A stretch of 64,000 bases of DNA, from contig JBGOEK010000005.1 of NCBI GenBank assembly GCA_041537945.1, forward strand, positions 6,445 to 70,444, in the 5' to 3' direction. Positions 28,472 through 37,296 of this stretch are shown piece after piece. The translations under genes were made by a program, and so were the position numbers. This DNA comes from Candidatus Thermosaccharophagus yellowstonensis. GTDB taxonomy: Bacteria; Armatimonadota; Fervidibacteria; Fervidibacterales; Thermosaccharophagaceae. A model generated the notes under the pieces. The model was not told the origin of the DNA and searched no databases. It saw only the letters and a program-made list of their open reading frames with translations. The first letter of the stretch is position 1, and each line of letters begins with the position of its first letter.

Positions 28472-29605
28472 ATGGGATACGCTTTGATTGCTCACATATG
28501 CGACATCCACTTCGGTGCGCGCATAGGGCGTGTATTTCCTGAGGATGTGATTCGTTGGTGGCAAATGATGGTTGAAGATTGGCGCTTGCTGAAACTTCCC
28601 GTTGAAGTTGCGCTCATATGTGGCGACATGACGATGAGCGGAGATGATCAACAGCTTGATTACGCAAAAGGTGCTATTGAAGCTCTCGGCGTTGATGTAT
28701 GTTTGCTTCCGGGCGAATGCGATATACAGCACGGTAAGCAGAAATGGATCGAAAGGTTCGGTGCACCAGACAGGTTCTTTCGGTATGGTGGATTGAACAT
28801 AGTCGCAATTGATATGCTTAATCTGGATGCGGAGAGGAAGTGGACGATGAGTAGCGAGCAATTTCATCAACTGAGCAAATTCATTGATGAGCATCAAAGT
28901 GAACCGCTCATCGTAATGTTGCAACCGTTGCTGAGAAGACACGAAGGTATGTTTAGACCACCTTGGGATTCAGATGTTGCTGAAGCGTTGCTTGAAAGGT
29001 TGAAGCACGCAAATGTTCTTTGCGTCCTATGTAGCGGTATGCACACGAACAGCGAACACTTGGTCGACAGCATACCGGTTATAGGCACTGGGGCGCTTTG
29101 TGGTTTCTATCCAACTGGGGTGCTACCTGAAAGGTGTATACTCACACGCCCCGGATATCGCCTCATCATAGTTGAAGATGGTGCTGTAAGAACTTTCTTT
29201 AGGGAGGTGACTTCGCAAGTTCAGGTGACGATCGTTTCTGTCGGAGGTTCGCACACACTTGGACCAAGACCACTTGTGAATGTTTTAGATGTATTTGGCG
29301 ACTGCGCAATCTATGTGCAGGCTTATGCTCGCGAGACGGAAATTGTTTCCGTTGAGATGGGGCTTGGTGGAAGTCCATGGATACCGATGCGCAAAGTTTG
29401 GGACGGACTATGGAGCGAATGGGAAGGAGCGCTTTCAGCACATGAGGTTGGATGGGGTCAGCAGTTGCTCATCGCGAGGGCAAGGACAAGTAACGGTTAC
29501 GAAGCTTTTGATGCTATACCGTTTTGGATGCGCAGTTTGCCTTCACAGAGAGCGACAAGCATCCATGAGGTATCCGTATTTGAGCTGTTAAGCTGTCCAA
29601 GATGA
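28472..29605 (+). CDS. Calcineurin-like metallophosphoesterase with extra C-terminal domain
   Basis: IAHICDIHFG (D-x-H), ICGDMTMSGD (GD) and LLPGECD motifs in the usual order. About 120 aa at the C-terminus are unassigned. Confidence 0.55.
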   Translation: MGYALIAHICDIHFGARIGRVFPEDVIRWWQMMVEDWRLLKLPVEVALICGDMTMSGDDQQLDYAKGAIEALGVDVCLLPGECDIQHGKQKWIERFGAPDRFFRYGGLNIVAIDMLNLDAERKWTMSSEQFHQLSKFIDEHQSEPLIVMLQPLLRRHEGMFRPPWDSDVAEALLERLKHANVLCVLCSGMHTNSEHLVDSIPVIGTGALCGFYPTGVLPERCILTRPGYRLIIVEDGAVRTFFREVTSQVQVTIVSVGGSHTLGPRPLVNVLDVFGDCAIYVQAYARETEIVSVEMGLGGSPWIPMRKVWDGLWSEWEGALSAHEVGWGQQLLIARARTSNGYEAFDAIPFWMRSLPSQRATSIHEVSVFELLSCPR

Positions 29606-29676
29606 ATGACATCAGCTTGCGTCCTCTTTACTCACGCACCACAAGAAGCTAAAATGCATTGATGAGGGAATGTGGT

Positions 29677-29754
29677 CGGGGCGTAGCGCAGCTTGGTTAG
29701 CGCGCTAGCATGGGGGGCTAGAGGTCGCCGGTTCAAATCCGGCCGCCCCGACCA
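29677..29754 (+). tRNA. tRNA-Pro: tRNA-Pro (anticodon GGG), CCA encoded
   Basis: Hand-folded cloverleaf: acceptor cggggcg/cgccccg, D stem gcgc/gcgc, anticodon stem ctagc/gctag with loop a-t-GGG-g-g, variable loop aggtc, T arm gccgg-ttcaaat-ccggc, discriminator A, then CCA. Confidence 0.9.
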
Positions 29755-29963
29755 CTTAATAACAATGAGCACTTCAACACCTCGCTAAGAACCAAAGGGT
29801 GAAGAGAATGCAATTTTTCAATGCAGCAAGCGTCACAGCAAACATGAAATCGGTCTCGTTAACCCCACTAAACCCATCGCTTCACGGGGAGTCAAAGCGG
29901 TTTCCTTGTCACCTTCAAGATCACGGCAATTTGTTTATCCACTCAAACGGGGGATGAAGCTGT

Positions 29964-31217
29964 GTGGATGCGAGAGCGGATGAAGTGATAAGGCTTTACG
30001 AAGAGCACATCAATCGCGGGTTGGTGAAGCTTTTCAAGTTCGCTGGTGTTGAAGCGGTTGAGCATAAGGCATATGGCGTATATGTGGAGGATTGTGAAGG
30101 CAACCGCTACATTGATTGCCTTGGTGGCTTTGGGGCTCTTAACTTCGGGCATCGTCACCCACGCATAGTTTCAGCGGTAATGGAGCAACTTGATTTGATG
30201 CCTTTGTCCTCTCGTATGCTGTTTAACCCTGTTCAAGCGAAGCTTGCAAAAATGCTTTCACAGTTACTCCCCGGTGACTTGCAATACTGCTTCTTCTGTC
30301 ACAGCGGTGCTGAGGCTGTTGAGGCTTGTATAAAGCTCGCACGGCTTTCAACTGGCAGGCGTAAGATAATATCAACGCAAAACGCATATCATGGGAAGAC
30401 GCTCGGTGCTCTCAGCGCTTCAGGGAGAGATGTTTACAGAGCTCCTTTTGAACCGCTGTTAGAATGGTTTGAGCATGTGCCGTATGGAGACGCAGAAGCA
30501 ATTGAGGGAGCTATAGACGATGAAACAGCTGCAGTTATACTTGAGCCAATTCAAGGCGAGGGTGGTGTCATCATTCCACCAGATGACTACCTCCAAACAG
30601 TTCGCAGGTTGTGTGACGAACACGGAGCTCTGCTGATTCTCGATGAAGTCCAGACTGGGTTTGGACGAACAGGGGCTAACTTTGCGATGGAGCACTATGG
30701 TGTTGTTCCAGACCTCGTTGCCCTCGCCAAATCGCTTGGGGGCGGCATCATGCCTATAGGTGCTGCTGTTGGGAACGAAGCCTCGTTTAAAGGCTTGTTT
30801 GAAAACCCACTCATACACTCATCAACGCTGGGAGGTAACCCACTTGCGTGCGCTGCAGCGTGCGCTGCGATTGAAGTCCTGCAAGAAGAAAGACTCTCGG
30901 AGAAGGCGAGGGTGAATGGAGATTACTTCATCACATCACTGGCGCAAGCGTGCAAGGAACATGGAGACCTCGTAAAGGATGTGCGTGGCAAGGGGCTTTT
31001 GATAGGCGTCGAATTAAGTGATGCAGATGTTGCAGCTCTTGTTGTTGCTGGTATGTTTCGCAGGCGTGTGCTTGTGGCGTATACACTCAACAACCCTATG
31101 GTCATAAGGTTTGAACCACCGCTAATAATTGAGAGGGAGCAGATAGATGAGGTAGTGAATGCGTTCCGTGAAGCCCTCTCGGAAGCTGAAGAACTCATTC
31201 GCTCGCTCAGTTCGTGA
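29964..31217 (+). CDS. Class-III pyridoxal-phosphate aminotransferase (putrescine/ornithine/GABA aminotransferase-like)
   Basis: YIDCLGGFGALNFGHRHP, FFCHSGAEAVE, LILDEVQTGFGRTG, and the PLP-Lys context in DLVALAKSLGGG. Confidence 0.85.
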   Translation: MDARADEVIRLYEEHINRGLVKLFKFAGVEAVEHKAYGVYVEDCEGNRYIDCLGGFGALNFGHRHPRIVSAVMEQLDLMPLSSRMLFNPVQAKLAKMLSQLLPGDLQYCFFCHSGAEAVEACIKLARLSTGRRKIISTQNAYHGKTLGALSASGRDVYRAPFEPLLEWFEHVPYGDAEAIEGAIDDETAAVILEPIQGEGGVIIPPDDYLQTVRRLCDEHGALLILDEVQTGFGRTGANFAMEHYGVVPDLVALAKSLGGGIMPIGAAVGNEASFKGLFENPLIHSSTLGGNPLACAAACAAIEVLQEERLSEKARVNGDYFITSLAQACKEHGDLVKDVRGKGLLIGVELSDADVAALVVAGMFRRRVLVAYTLNNPMVIRFEPPLIIEREQIDEVVNAFREALSEAEELIRSLSS

Positions 31218-31230
31218 GAGGGGATTGGGA

Positions 31231-31671
31231 ATGCACAGGATCACTTGTGAGAAGTTCGTTAAGGCAACGCCAGAAACCGTTTTCCAAGTGGCGAGGGACA
31301 TCCAAAGGTATGTGAAACACATGGGGAATATTGAGAGCGTGAAAGTTATACACGACGACGGAGTGACGCGCATCACCGAATGGGTAGCTAAGCTACCAAT
31401 GCTTGAAAGGGAGTTGCATTGGGTTGAGAAGGATGTTTGGGATGTAACTTCTCTCACATGCGAGTTTGAGATGGTCGAAGGTGACATGGACCATTACAGC
31501 GGAAGATGGAGCTTTGAAAGGCATGGCGATGGCACTCTGATGAAGCTCACCATATCTTATGAGTATCAAGTGCCTCTGATAGGGCAACTGTTACAAAAGC
31601 TCATCGAGAAGGTGGTTAGGGATAACGCCGATTCCATCCTCAATGCTGTGAAGGAGGCTTCCGAAAAATAG
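31231..31671 (+). CDS. SRPBCC (START/polyketide-cyclase-like) ligand-binding protein
   Basis: 146 aa from ATG 31231. The opening (I...V.A.PE.VF.V..D...Y) and the YSGRWSFE...GTLM segment are typical of the superfamily. Confidence 0.55.
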   Translation: MHRITCEKFVKATPETVFQVARDIQRYVKHMGNIESVKVIHDDGVTRITEWVAKLPMLERELHWVEKDVWDVTSLTCEFEMVEGDMDHYSGRWSFERHGDGTLMKLTISYEYQVPLIGQLLQKLIEKVVRDNADSILNAVKEASEK

Positions 31672-31739
31672 CGTTTGAACTCACCGAGAGCGAGCCATGC
31701 GCCCTTTTCGCTCGCTTCCATGTAGAGGAGGTGAGGTGA

Positions 31740-33842
31740 GTGGGAAAAAGCATCAAAGTTTTTTTAGCCCTCATTTGCGTATCACTCCACGCCCCCGTAT
31801 GTTCGCCATCGCACAAGGAGGATCTGAGCAAACCTTACAGATACCACATCGTGGCTAAAGGGGAAACGCTCTTCTCAATAGCGAAGCGCTATGGCATATC
31901 GCTCCAAAGACTGCGCGAAGCGAACAACAGGCTTGACACTGATGTAATCCGAGTCGGGGAGAAACTTCTCATCCCGCTACCAGAAGGAAGCCCTCAACGA
32001 ACTCCAAAGACACTAACCAGTCGCCAGCCTAAAACACCACCACCTGAAAAGCCACGAACTCAACCATCATCCACGCAACCAAAGCGGATCGAAGTCATCG
32101 TGGGCAAGTCGGTCATCGTTCGTGCAAAGCGCATTCTAAGCGTGCACATAAGCAATCCAATGGTTGCGGATGTTGTTGTGATGAGTCAGGATGTGCTTGC
32201 AGTTGTTGGGAAATCACGCGGTAGCACAACACTCATCATACTCGATGAGGTTGGTGTCTCAACTTACGATGTGACTGTAAGAGAGCAAGTTCAGGTATCA
32301 GCTGAGCGAGTTGCAACAGCCATCGGGATACCGGGCATACTCGTTCAAGTTATTGATAGCGCCATCGTCCTTAGCGGTAAGGTTGCGACACGGGAACAGA
32401 AGGAGATAGCGCTAAAGGTTGCAAAGCTTTTCTCCGAGAATGTGATTGACCTAATAAGCGTTGAAGAGGTTGAACGCAAGCCTGAGGAAATTGAGAAGCC
32501 GAAGAAACCTTCGCTACAGCCGAGTGAGCTTGAACAGCTTATCGGGATAGAGGGCGTGAGAGTCCGCAGTGTCGGGGAAATGCTCGTGGTTGAAGGCGAA
32601 GTGGAAACACAGGCTGAGATGGAGAGGGTGCAACAGGTAGCTCAAGTGGCTGGCACAACCGTGTTAAATCTTGTGCGCGTTCGTCTGCCGTCGCCCGATG
32701 AGGTGAAAGGGTTGCTCGGGATACCAACGGTTGATGTGAAACTCATCCACGATTGTTATGTGTTCACTGGGGAGGTGAAAAGCGAGGAGGAAAGGAAAGC
32801 AATCGACGAACTCGCTTCGCTCCTCGGCAAGAAGGTGCTCAACCTGGTGCGGGTGAGCAAACCGCTTGAAGTTAAACAACCCGAACCAAAACCACCACCG
32901 AAAGAAGCGCCACCTGAGGAGGTGAAGACCAAGACGCTCCCTGAAAGGCTAAAGGAGCTTATAGGCATAGATACGGTTGATGTGATTGAGCTCAGCGGTG
33001 AGAAGGTGATGTTGAAGGGTAGCGTCAAAACGAGCGTTGAGCGGGAGAGGGTTCTTAAGATCGCCGAGGCAATGGTTGGCAAAGAGAATGTCGTTGACAT
33101 GCTTCAGGTGATGCAACCCTTGCAATTGCGTGTTGAGGCATGGGTTGTGGAAATAAACAGAGAAGCGTTGAGACAACTCGGCGTGCAACATCCAGAGAGC
33201 GTGGTGTTCGGAGAGGTTGGGGATGCTACCACTGGTAGAGTTTTCACGCGCTTGACCAACATCCAAAGCATCTTGCAGATGCTCATCAGCAAGAATGTTG
33301 CTAAAGTGCTTTCAGCACCAAGCGCTGTTGCTGCGAGTGGTAAGCAAGCTAAGTTCACGGTTGGTGGTGAGATACCGATACCAGTGACGATGTTAGGCGG
33401 TCCTGCAGCTGGCGTTCAGACATCGCTTGGGACTGGTGTGCTTGCACAAGCTATCGAGTTCCGCCAGTATGGGATCATACTCACAGTCACAGGAACAATT
33501 GAACACGATGGCTTGATCAAATTGAAGTTACAGACGGAGGTTAGCGCACCAGCTCCCGGGATAGCAGTCACCATTGGAGGCGCAACAATACCGGGGTTTA
33601 GAACGAGAAGCTACGAGACGGAGCTCGAGCTTAAGCCCGGTGAAGGTGTTGTGTTAGCAGGTTTGATAAGCAGTGAGGATGTGCAATATTGGAGACGCGT
33701 TCCGATCTTGAGCTCAATACCCGTTCTTGGGGAGCTGTTCAAGAGCCGAAGGTTTGAGAGGCGTGAGACTGAACTCGCCATATTCGTTACGCCAACGGTT
33801 GTCTCCTCAGAGCAAGCCCAAGATGAAGGTGCGAAGGAATAA
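31740..33842 (+). CDS. Secretin (CpaC/RcpA-like) with N-terminal LysM and four BON-like repeats
   Basis: GTG start after AGGAGGTGAGG. LysM (YHIVAKGETLFSIAKRYGISLQRLREANN...VGEKLLIP). A pilus-N-type domain (IEVIVGKSVIV...STTLIILDE). Four repeats of roughly 55 aa. C-terminal secretin core (LSAPSAVAASGKQAKFTVGGEIPIP...VPILSSIPVLGELFKSRRFERRETELAIFVTP). Confidence 0.8.
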   Translation: MGKSIKVFLALICVSLHAPVCSPSHKEDLSKPYRYHIVAKGETLFSIAKRYGISLQRLREANNRLDTDVIRVGEKLLIPLPEGSPQRTPKTLTSRQPKTPPPEKPRTQPSSTQPKRIEVIVGKSVIVRAKRILSVHISNPMVADVVVMSQDVLAVVGKSRGSTTLIILDEVGVSTYDVTVREQVQVSAERVATAIGIPGILVQVIDSAIVLSGKVATREQKEIALKVAKLFSENVIDLISVEEVERKPEEIEKPKKPSLQPSELEQLIGIEGVRVRSVGEMLVVEGEVETQAEMERVQQVAQVAGTTVLNLVRVRLPSPDEVKGLLGIPTVDVKLIHDCYVFTGEVKSEEERKAIDELASLLGKKVLNLVRVSKPLEVKQPEPKPPPKEAPPEEVKTKTLPERLKELIGIDTVDVIELSGEKVMLKGSVKTSVERERVLKIAEAMVGKENVVDMLQVMQPLQLRVEAWVVEINREALRQLGVQHPESVVFGEVGDATTGRVFTRLTNIQSILQMLISKNVAKVLSAPSAVAASGKQAKFTVGGEIPIPVTMLGGPAAGVQTSLGTGVLAQAIEFRQYGIILTVTGTIEHDGLIKLKLQTEVSAPAPGIAVTIGGATIPGFRTRSYETELELKPGEGVVLAGLISSEDVQYWRRVPILSSIPVLGELFKSRRFERRETELAIFVTPTVVSSEQAQDEGAKE

Positions 33843-33955
33843 TGAGAGTGCGAATGAGCCACTAAGGCGTTGCACTGGTAAGGGGAGTTTAGCGCTTGCT
33901 TCAACATTGCCCAAGCAACACAAGACGCTTTTGTTGGAGTTAGTGGGAAGGCGAC

Positions 33956-34984
33956 ATGGTCTGGGAGTTGCGATGGCATCCGTTATATCGTGAGTGGGTT
34001 ATCATAGCTGCTCACAGACAGCATCGCCCCTGGGTTGGCGAGGTCGTATCGGAGGGCACTTATGAACTGCCAGACTATGATCCGGCATGCTATCTTTGCC
34101 CCGGGAACATGAGGGCAAGTGGAGAGCGTAACCCAAACTATAAAGACACCTTCTCGTTCAAGAACGATTTCCCATGCGTTTCAACAGATGCGCCTCGTGA
34201 GCTTGTTGAACCTGTTGGGATATATCGCAACCGACCTGCAATCGGAATTGCGAAAGTCCTATGCTATCACCCGAAGCACAACATGTCACTCTCACTGATG
34301 GACGATGAAGGCGTTAAGAAGGTTGTGATGGCATGGCGCAAAGAATTCATTGAACTTTCTGCCGAACCAGATGTGGCGTATGTGTTCATTTTTGAGAATC
34401 GTGGGGAGGTTGTGGGGGTGAGCAACCCCCACCCGCATTGCCAGATCTACGCCTTGAGCTTCATCTGCAAATTGGTCGAAAGAGAAATTGAAGCATGCCA
34501 GTCGTATTATGAGGCGACGGGGAGAAGACTCGTGCATGATATCGTTGCATCTGAAATCCTTGATGGCAGGAGAGTTATAGTGGAAGGCGAGTTGATGGTT
34601 GCTTTCGTTCCCTACTTTGCGCGGTATGCTTACGAGGTAATGGTAGCTCCGAAGGAACACAGGAGGGACATAGCGGAGTTGAGCGAGAGCGAGTGCGCTG
34701 ACTTGGCTAAAGTGCTTAGGAGCGTGCTCATCAGGTATGATAACCTTTGGCGAATGCCTTTCCCGTATGTGCTCGTTCTGCACAACAGACCAACCGACGG
34801 TGGAGATTACGATGCTTATGACTTCCACATCGAAATCTATCCACCGCTTCGCGCACCTAACTTGCGCAAATACCTTGCCGGTCCAGAGATAGGCGGTGGC
34901 GTTTTCCTGAGCGATACTTCCCCAGAGGAGAAAGCTATGGAGCTACGGTCTCAGCCAGATGTGCATTACAAGCACATGCAGTAG
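33956..34984 (+). CDS. galT: Galactose-1-phosphate uridylyltransferase (HIT-family, GalT type 1)
   Basis: WHPLYREWVIIAAHRQHRPW, the zinc site CYLCPGN, and the active-site motif in SNPHPHCQIYA. Confidence 0.85.
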   Translation: MVWELRWHPLYREWVIIAAHRQHRPWVGEVVSEGTYELPDYDPACYLCPGNMRASGERNPNYKDTFSFKNDFPCVSTDAPRELVEPVGIYRNRPAIGIAKVLCYHPKHNMSLSLMDDEGVKKVVMAWRKEFIELSAEPDVAYVFIFENRGEVVGVSNPHPHCQIYALSFICKLVEREIEACQSYYEATGRRLVHDIVASEILDGRRVIVEGELMVAFVPYFARYAYEVMVAPKEHRRDIAELSESECADLAKVLRSVLIRYDNLWRMPFPYVLVLHNRPTDGGDYDAYDFHIEIYPPLRAPNLRKYLAGPEIGGGVFLSDTSPEEKAMELRSQPDVHYKHMQ

Positions 34985-35023
34985 TTGACTAAGCAAATCC
35001 ATCTCGAATGGGAGGCGAAGAAC

Positions 35024-36715
35024 ATGGAACGCAAGTTTCGCTCAGATGAAGTTAAGGCGGGAGTTGATAGGGCACCGCATAGGAGCTTGCTACGGGCTTG
35101 CGGGCTTAAAGACGATGACTTCAAAAAACCATTCATCGGCGTGGCTAACTCCTACACTGACATTGTTCCGGGGCATGTCCACCTGCGAGAGATAGCTGAA
35201 GCAGTTAAGGAAGGCATAAGGGAAGCTGGTGGTGTCCCATTCGAGTTCAACACAATCGCTGTTGATGATGGTATAGCGATGGGGCATATCGGGATGCATT
35301 ATTCGCTTCCATCGCGTGAGCTCATCGCCGACTCGATTGAAACAATGGTTGAAGCGCATAGGCTTGATGGGCTTGTCTGCATAGGCAGTTGTGATAAAAT
35401 AGTGCCCGCAATGCTCATGGCGATGGTGCGCTTGAACATCCCAGCGATTTTCATAAGTGGTGGTCCAATGCCAGCCGGCTTGTCAAAACAAGGCTTACCG
35501 ATTGACCTCATCTCAGTGTTCGAAGGCGTCGGAGCTTTCTACTCTGGGCTTATAAGTGAAGAAGAGCTCTATGAGCTTGAAGTGAGAGCATGTCCGTCAT
35601 GTGGTTCTTGTGCGGGTTTGTTCACCGCAAACTCAATGTGCTGTATAGCTGAGGCATTGGGCTTGGCGTTGCCGGGCAATGGAACGATACTGGCTACTGA
35701 TGAGAGGAGGAAGGAGCTGGCAAGGGAGGCTGGAAGACAAATTATGAAGCTCGTAGAGCTCAACCTCCGCCCAAGGGATATAGTCACAGTTGAAGCGATT
35801 GACAACGCTTTCGCTCTCGACCTCTCCATGGGAGGTTCAACTAACACGGTCCTGCACTTGCTCGCAATAGCTAACGAAGCGAGGATACATTACCCACTTG
35901 AGAGGATCAACGAGATAGCAGACCGAACACCATACATATGTAGCCTTTCACCAGCATCAAATCTGCATATGGAGGATTTGGACAGGGCTGGTGGGGTAAG
36001 CGCTGTGTTGAGCGAGCTGAGCAAGATAGATGGTCTTCTGCACCTTGATGTAATCACAGTCACTGGGAGAACACTCGGCGAAAACATAAAAGGGGCTTCG
36101 GTTAAAGACCGAAATGTCATACGCCCGATAGAGGATGCATACCTTCCACATGGCGGGTTGAATGTGCTCTTTGGGAACTTAGCTCCAGAGGGAGCTGTAA
36201 TAAAGACAGGCGCTGTCGATCCTTCCATCAGGTGGTTTGAAGGTAAAGCGGTAGTGTTTGAGTCGCAGGAGGAGGCAGTCAACGGGATAAAATCTGGGAA
36301 GGTTAAAAAGGGTGATGTCGTCGTGATAAGGTATGAAGGTCCAAAGGGCGGACCGGGGATGGTTGAGATGTTAGCCCCAACCTCAGCTATAGTCGGGATG
36401 GGTCTGGGTAAAGATGTGGCTTTGATAACCGATGGACGATTCTCTGGTGGGACAAGAGGCATTTGCATTGGACACATATCGCCAGAGGCTGCCGTTGGTG
36501 GTCCGATCGCACTTTTGAGGGATGGCGATGTTATTCGGATTGACCTTGAACAGCGAAGGATTGATGTGCTTATAACGCAACAAGAGCTTGAGCGAAGACG
36601 CAACGAGTGGAAACCACCGAAGCCTAAGGTGAAAGGTGGGTGGCTCGAAAGATACAGCAAGTTAGTGACGAGCGCAAGCAAAGGAGCGGTTCTCACAGTA
36701 GAGGACTCACATTAG
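35024..36715 (+). CDS. ilvD: Dihydroxy-acid dehydratase
   Basis: [56 protein letters not shown] 35024 follows GGGAGG by 8 nt. Confidence 0.95.
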   Translation: MERKFRSDEVKAGVDRAPHRSLLRACGLKDDDFKKPFIGVANSYTDIVPGHVHLREIAEAVKEGIREAGGVPFEFNTIAVDDGIAMGHIGMHYSLPSRELIADSIETMVEAHRLDGLVCIGSCDKIVPAMLMAMVRLNIPAIFISGGPMPAGLSKQGLPIDLISVFEGVGAFYSGLISEEELYELEVRACPSCGSCAGLFTANSMCCIAEALGLALPGNGTILATDERRKELAREAGRQIMKLVELNLRPRDIVTVEAIDNAFALDLSMGGSTNTVLHLLAIANEARIHYPLERINEIADRTPYICSLSPASNLHMEDLDRAGGVSAVLSELSKIDGLLHLDVITVTGRTLGENIKGASVKDRNVIRPIEDAYLPHGGLNVLFGNLAPEGAVIKTGAVDPSIRWFEGKAVVFESQEEAVNGIKSGKVKKGDVVVIRYEGPKGGPGMVEMLAPTSAIVGMGLGKDVALITDGRFSGGTRGICIGHISPEAAVGGPIALLRDGDVIRIDLEQRRIDVLITQQELERRRNEWKPPKPKVKGGWLERYSKLVTSASKGAVLTVEDSH

Positions 36716-37137
36716 CGTTCACTTGTTCCCCTCAAGCTCTGGAGGTAACTTTGGAGCATTATCGCAGCTGCAACTTTGTCACGAAGCTGTTTTCGCTTCC
36801 GCCTTGATAAGTCGGCTTCAAGGAGGGCTCTTTCCGCTATCGCTGTTGTGAAGCGTTCATCAAACAGCTCAACAGGCAATCCAGTCAGCTCGCCCAAAAG
36901 AGATGCAAAGGAGATTGAGCGCTCTTCCATCATGCCTTTCTTCCCATCCGTGCGCCTCGGTATGCCGACAACAATCAACGAGACCTTATGAGCATGGGCT
37001 ACCTCAGCGATTTTCCTCGCAGCCCTTTCGTCGCCGTCGTTTCTTATGCTCATAAGTGGTTGCGCGATGATCCCACGCTCATCTGTGATAGCTAAGCCAA
37101 TTCTTTTCGTGCCATAGTCGATTCCCAAGATGCGCAT
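36712..37137 (-). CDS. ruvX: Holliday-junction resolvase-like nuclease RuvX (YqgF)
   Basis: [19 protein letters not shown] opening. AAGGTGGA lies 6 nt upstream of ATG 37137. Its stop codon overlaps the ilvD stop (TTAG). Confidence 0.85.
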   Translation of the reverse strand: MRILGIDYGTKRIGLAITDERGIIAQPLMSIRNDGDERAARKIAEVAHAHKVSLIVVGIPRRTDGKKGMMEERSISFASLLGELTGLPVELFDERFTTAIAERALLEADLSRRKRKQLRDKVAAAIMLQSYLQSLRGTSER

Positions 37138-37296
37138 GCTCATTCCACCTTGAGCAAATGCATTGTGTTGATGTAGCTTTGAGCTTTTCACAGTGTTTCA
37201 AATGGAAGCAACTTGCCCAATCCTTCCCTCGTCTAATTTTAACTGAACGATGTGTGAGCATCCAACTGCACTGCATTCATGGAAGGGTGAGAAGGG

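Noticed and set aside
29755-29963. Genomic island or integrated element at tRNA-Pro
   Set aside because: No integrase, transposase or phage-like ORF lies downstream, and I could not spot a direct repeat of the tRNA 3' end. The following genes (aminotransferase, SRPBCC) look metabolic. A computational repeat search was not possible.
35890-36696. Long antisense ORFs inside well-supported genes (for example 268 aa opposite ilvD; also 42914-43537 and 43255-43734 opposite hypF, 4338-4874 opposite cobA-hemD, 34292-34828 opposite galT, 58698-59165 opposite the cyclase)
   Set aside because: These are shadow ORFs with Ser/Pro/Arg-rich low-complexity translations. They have no SD and lie opposite genes with unambiguous family motifs.
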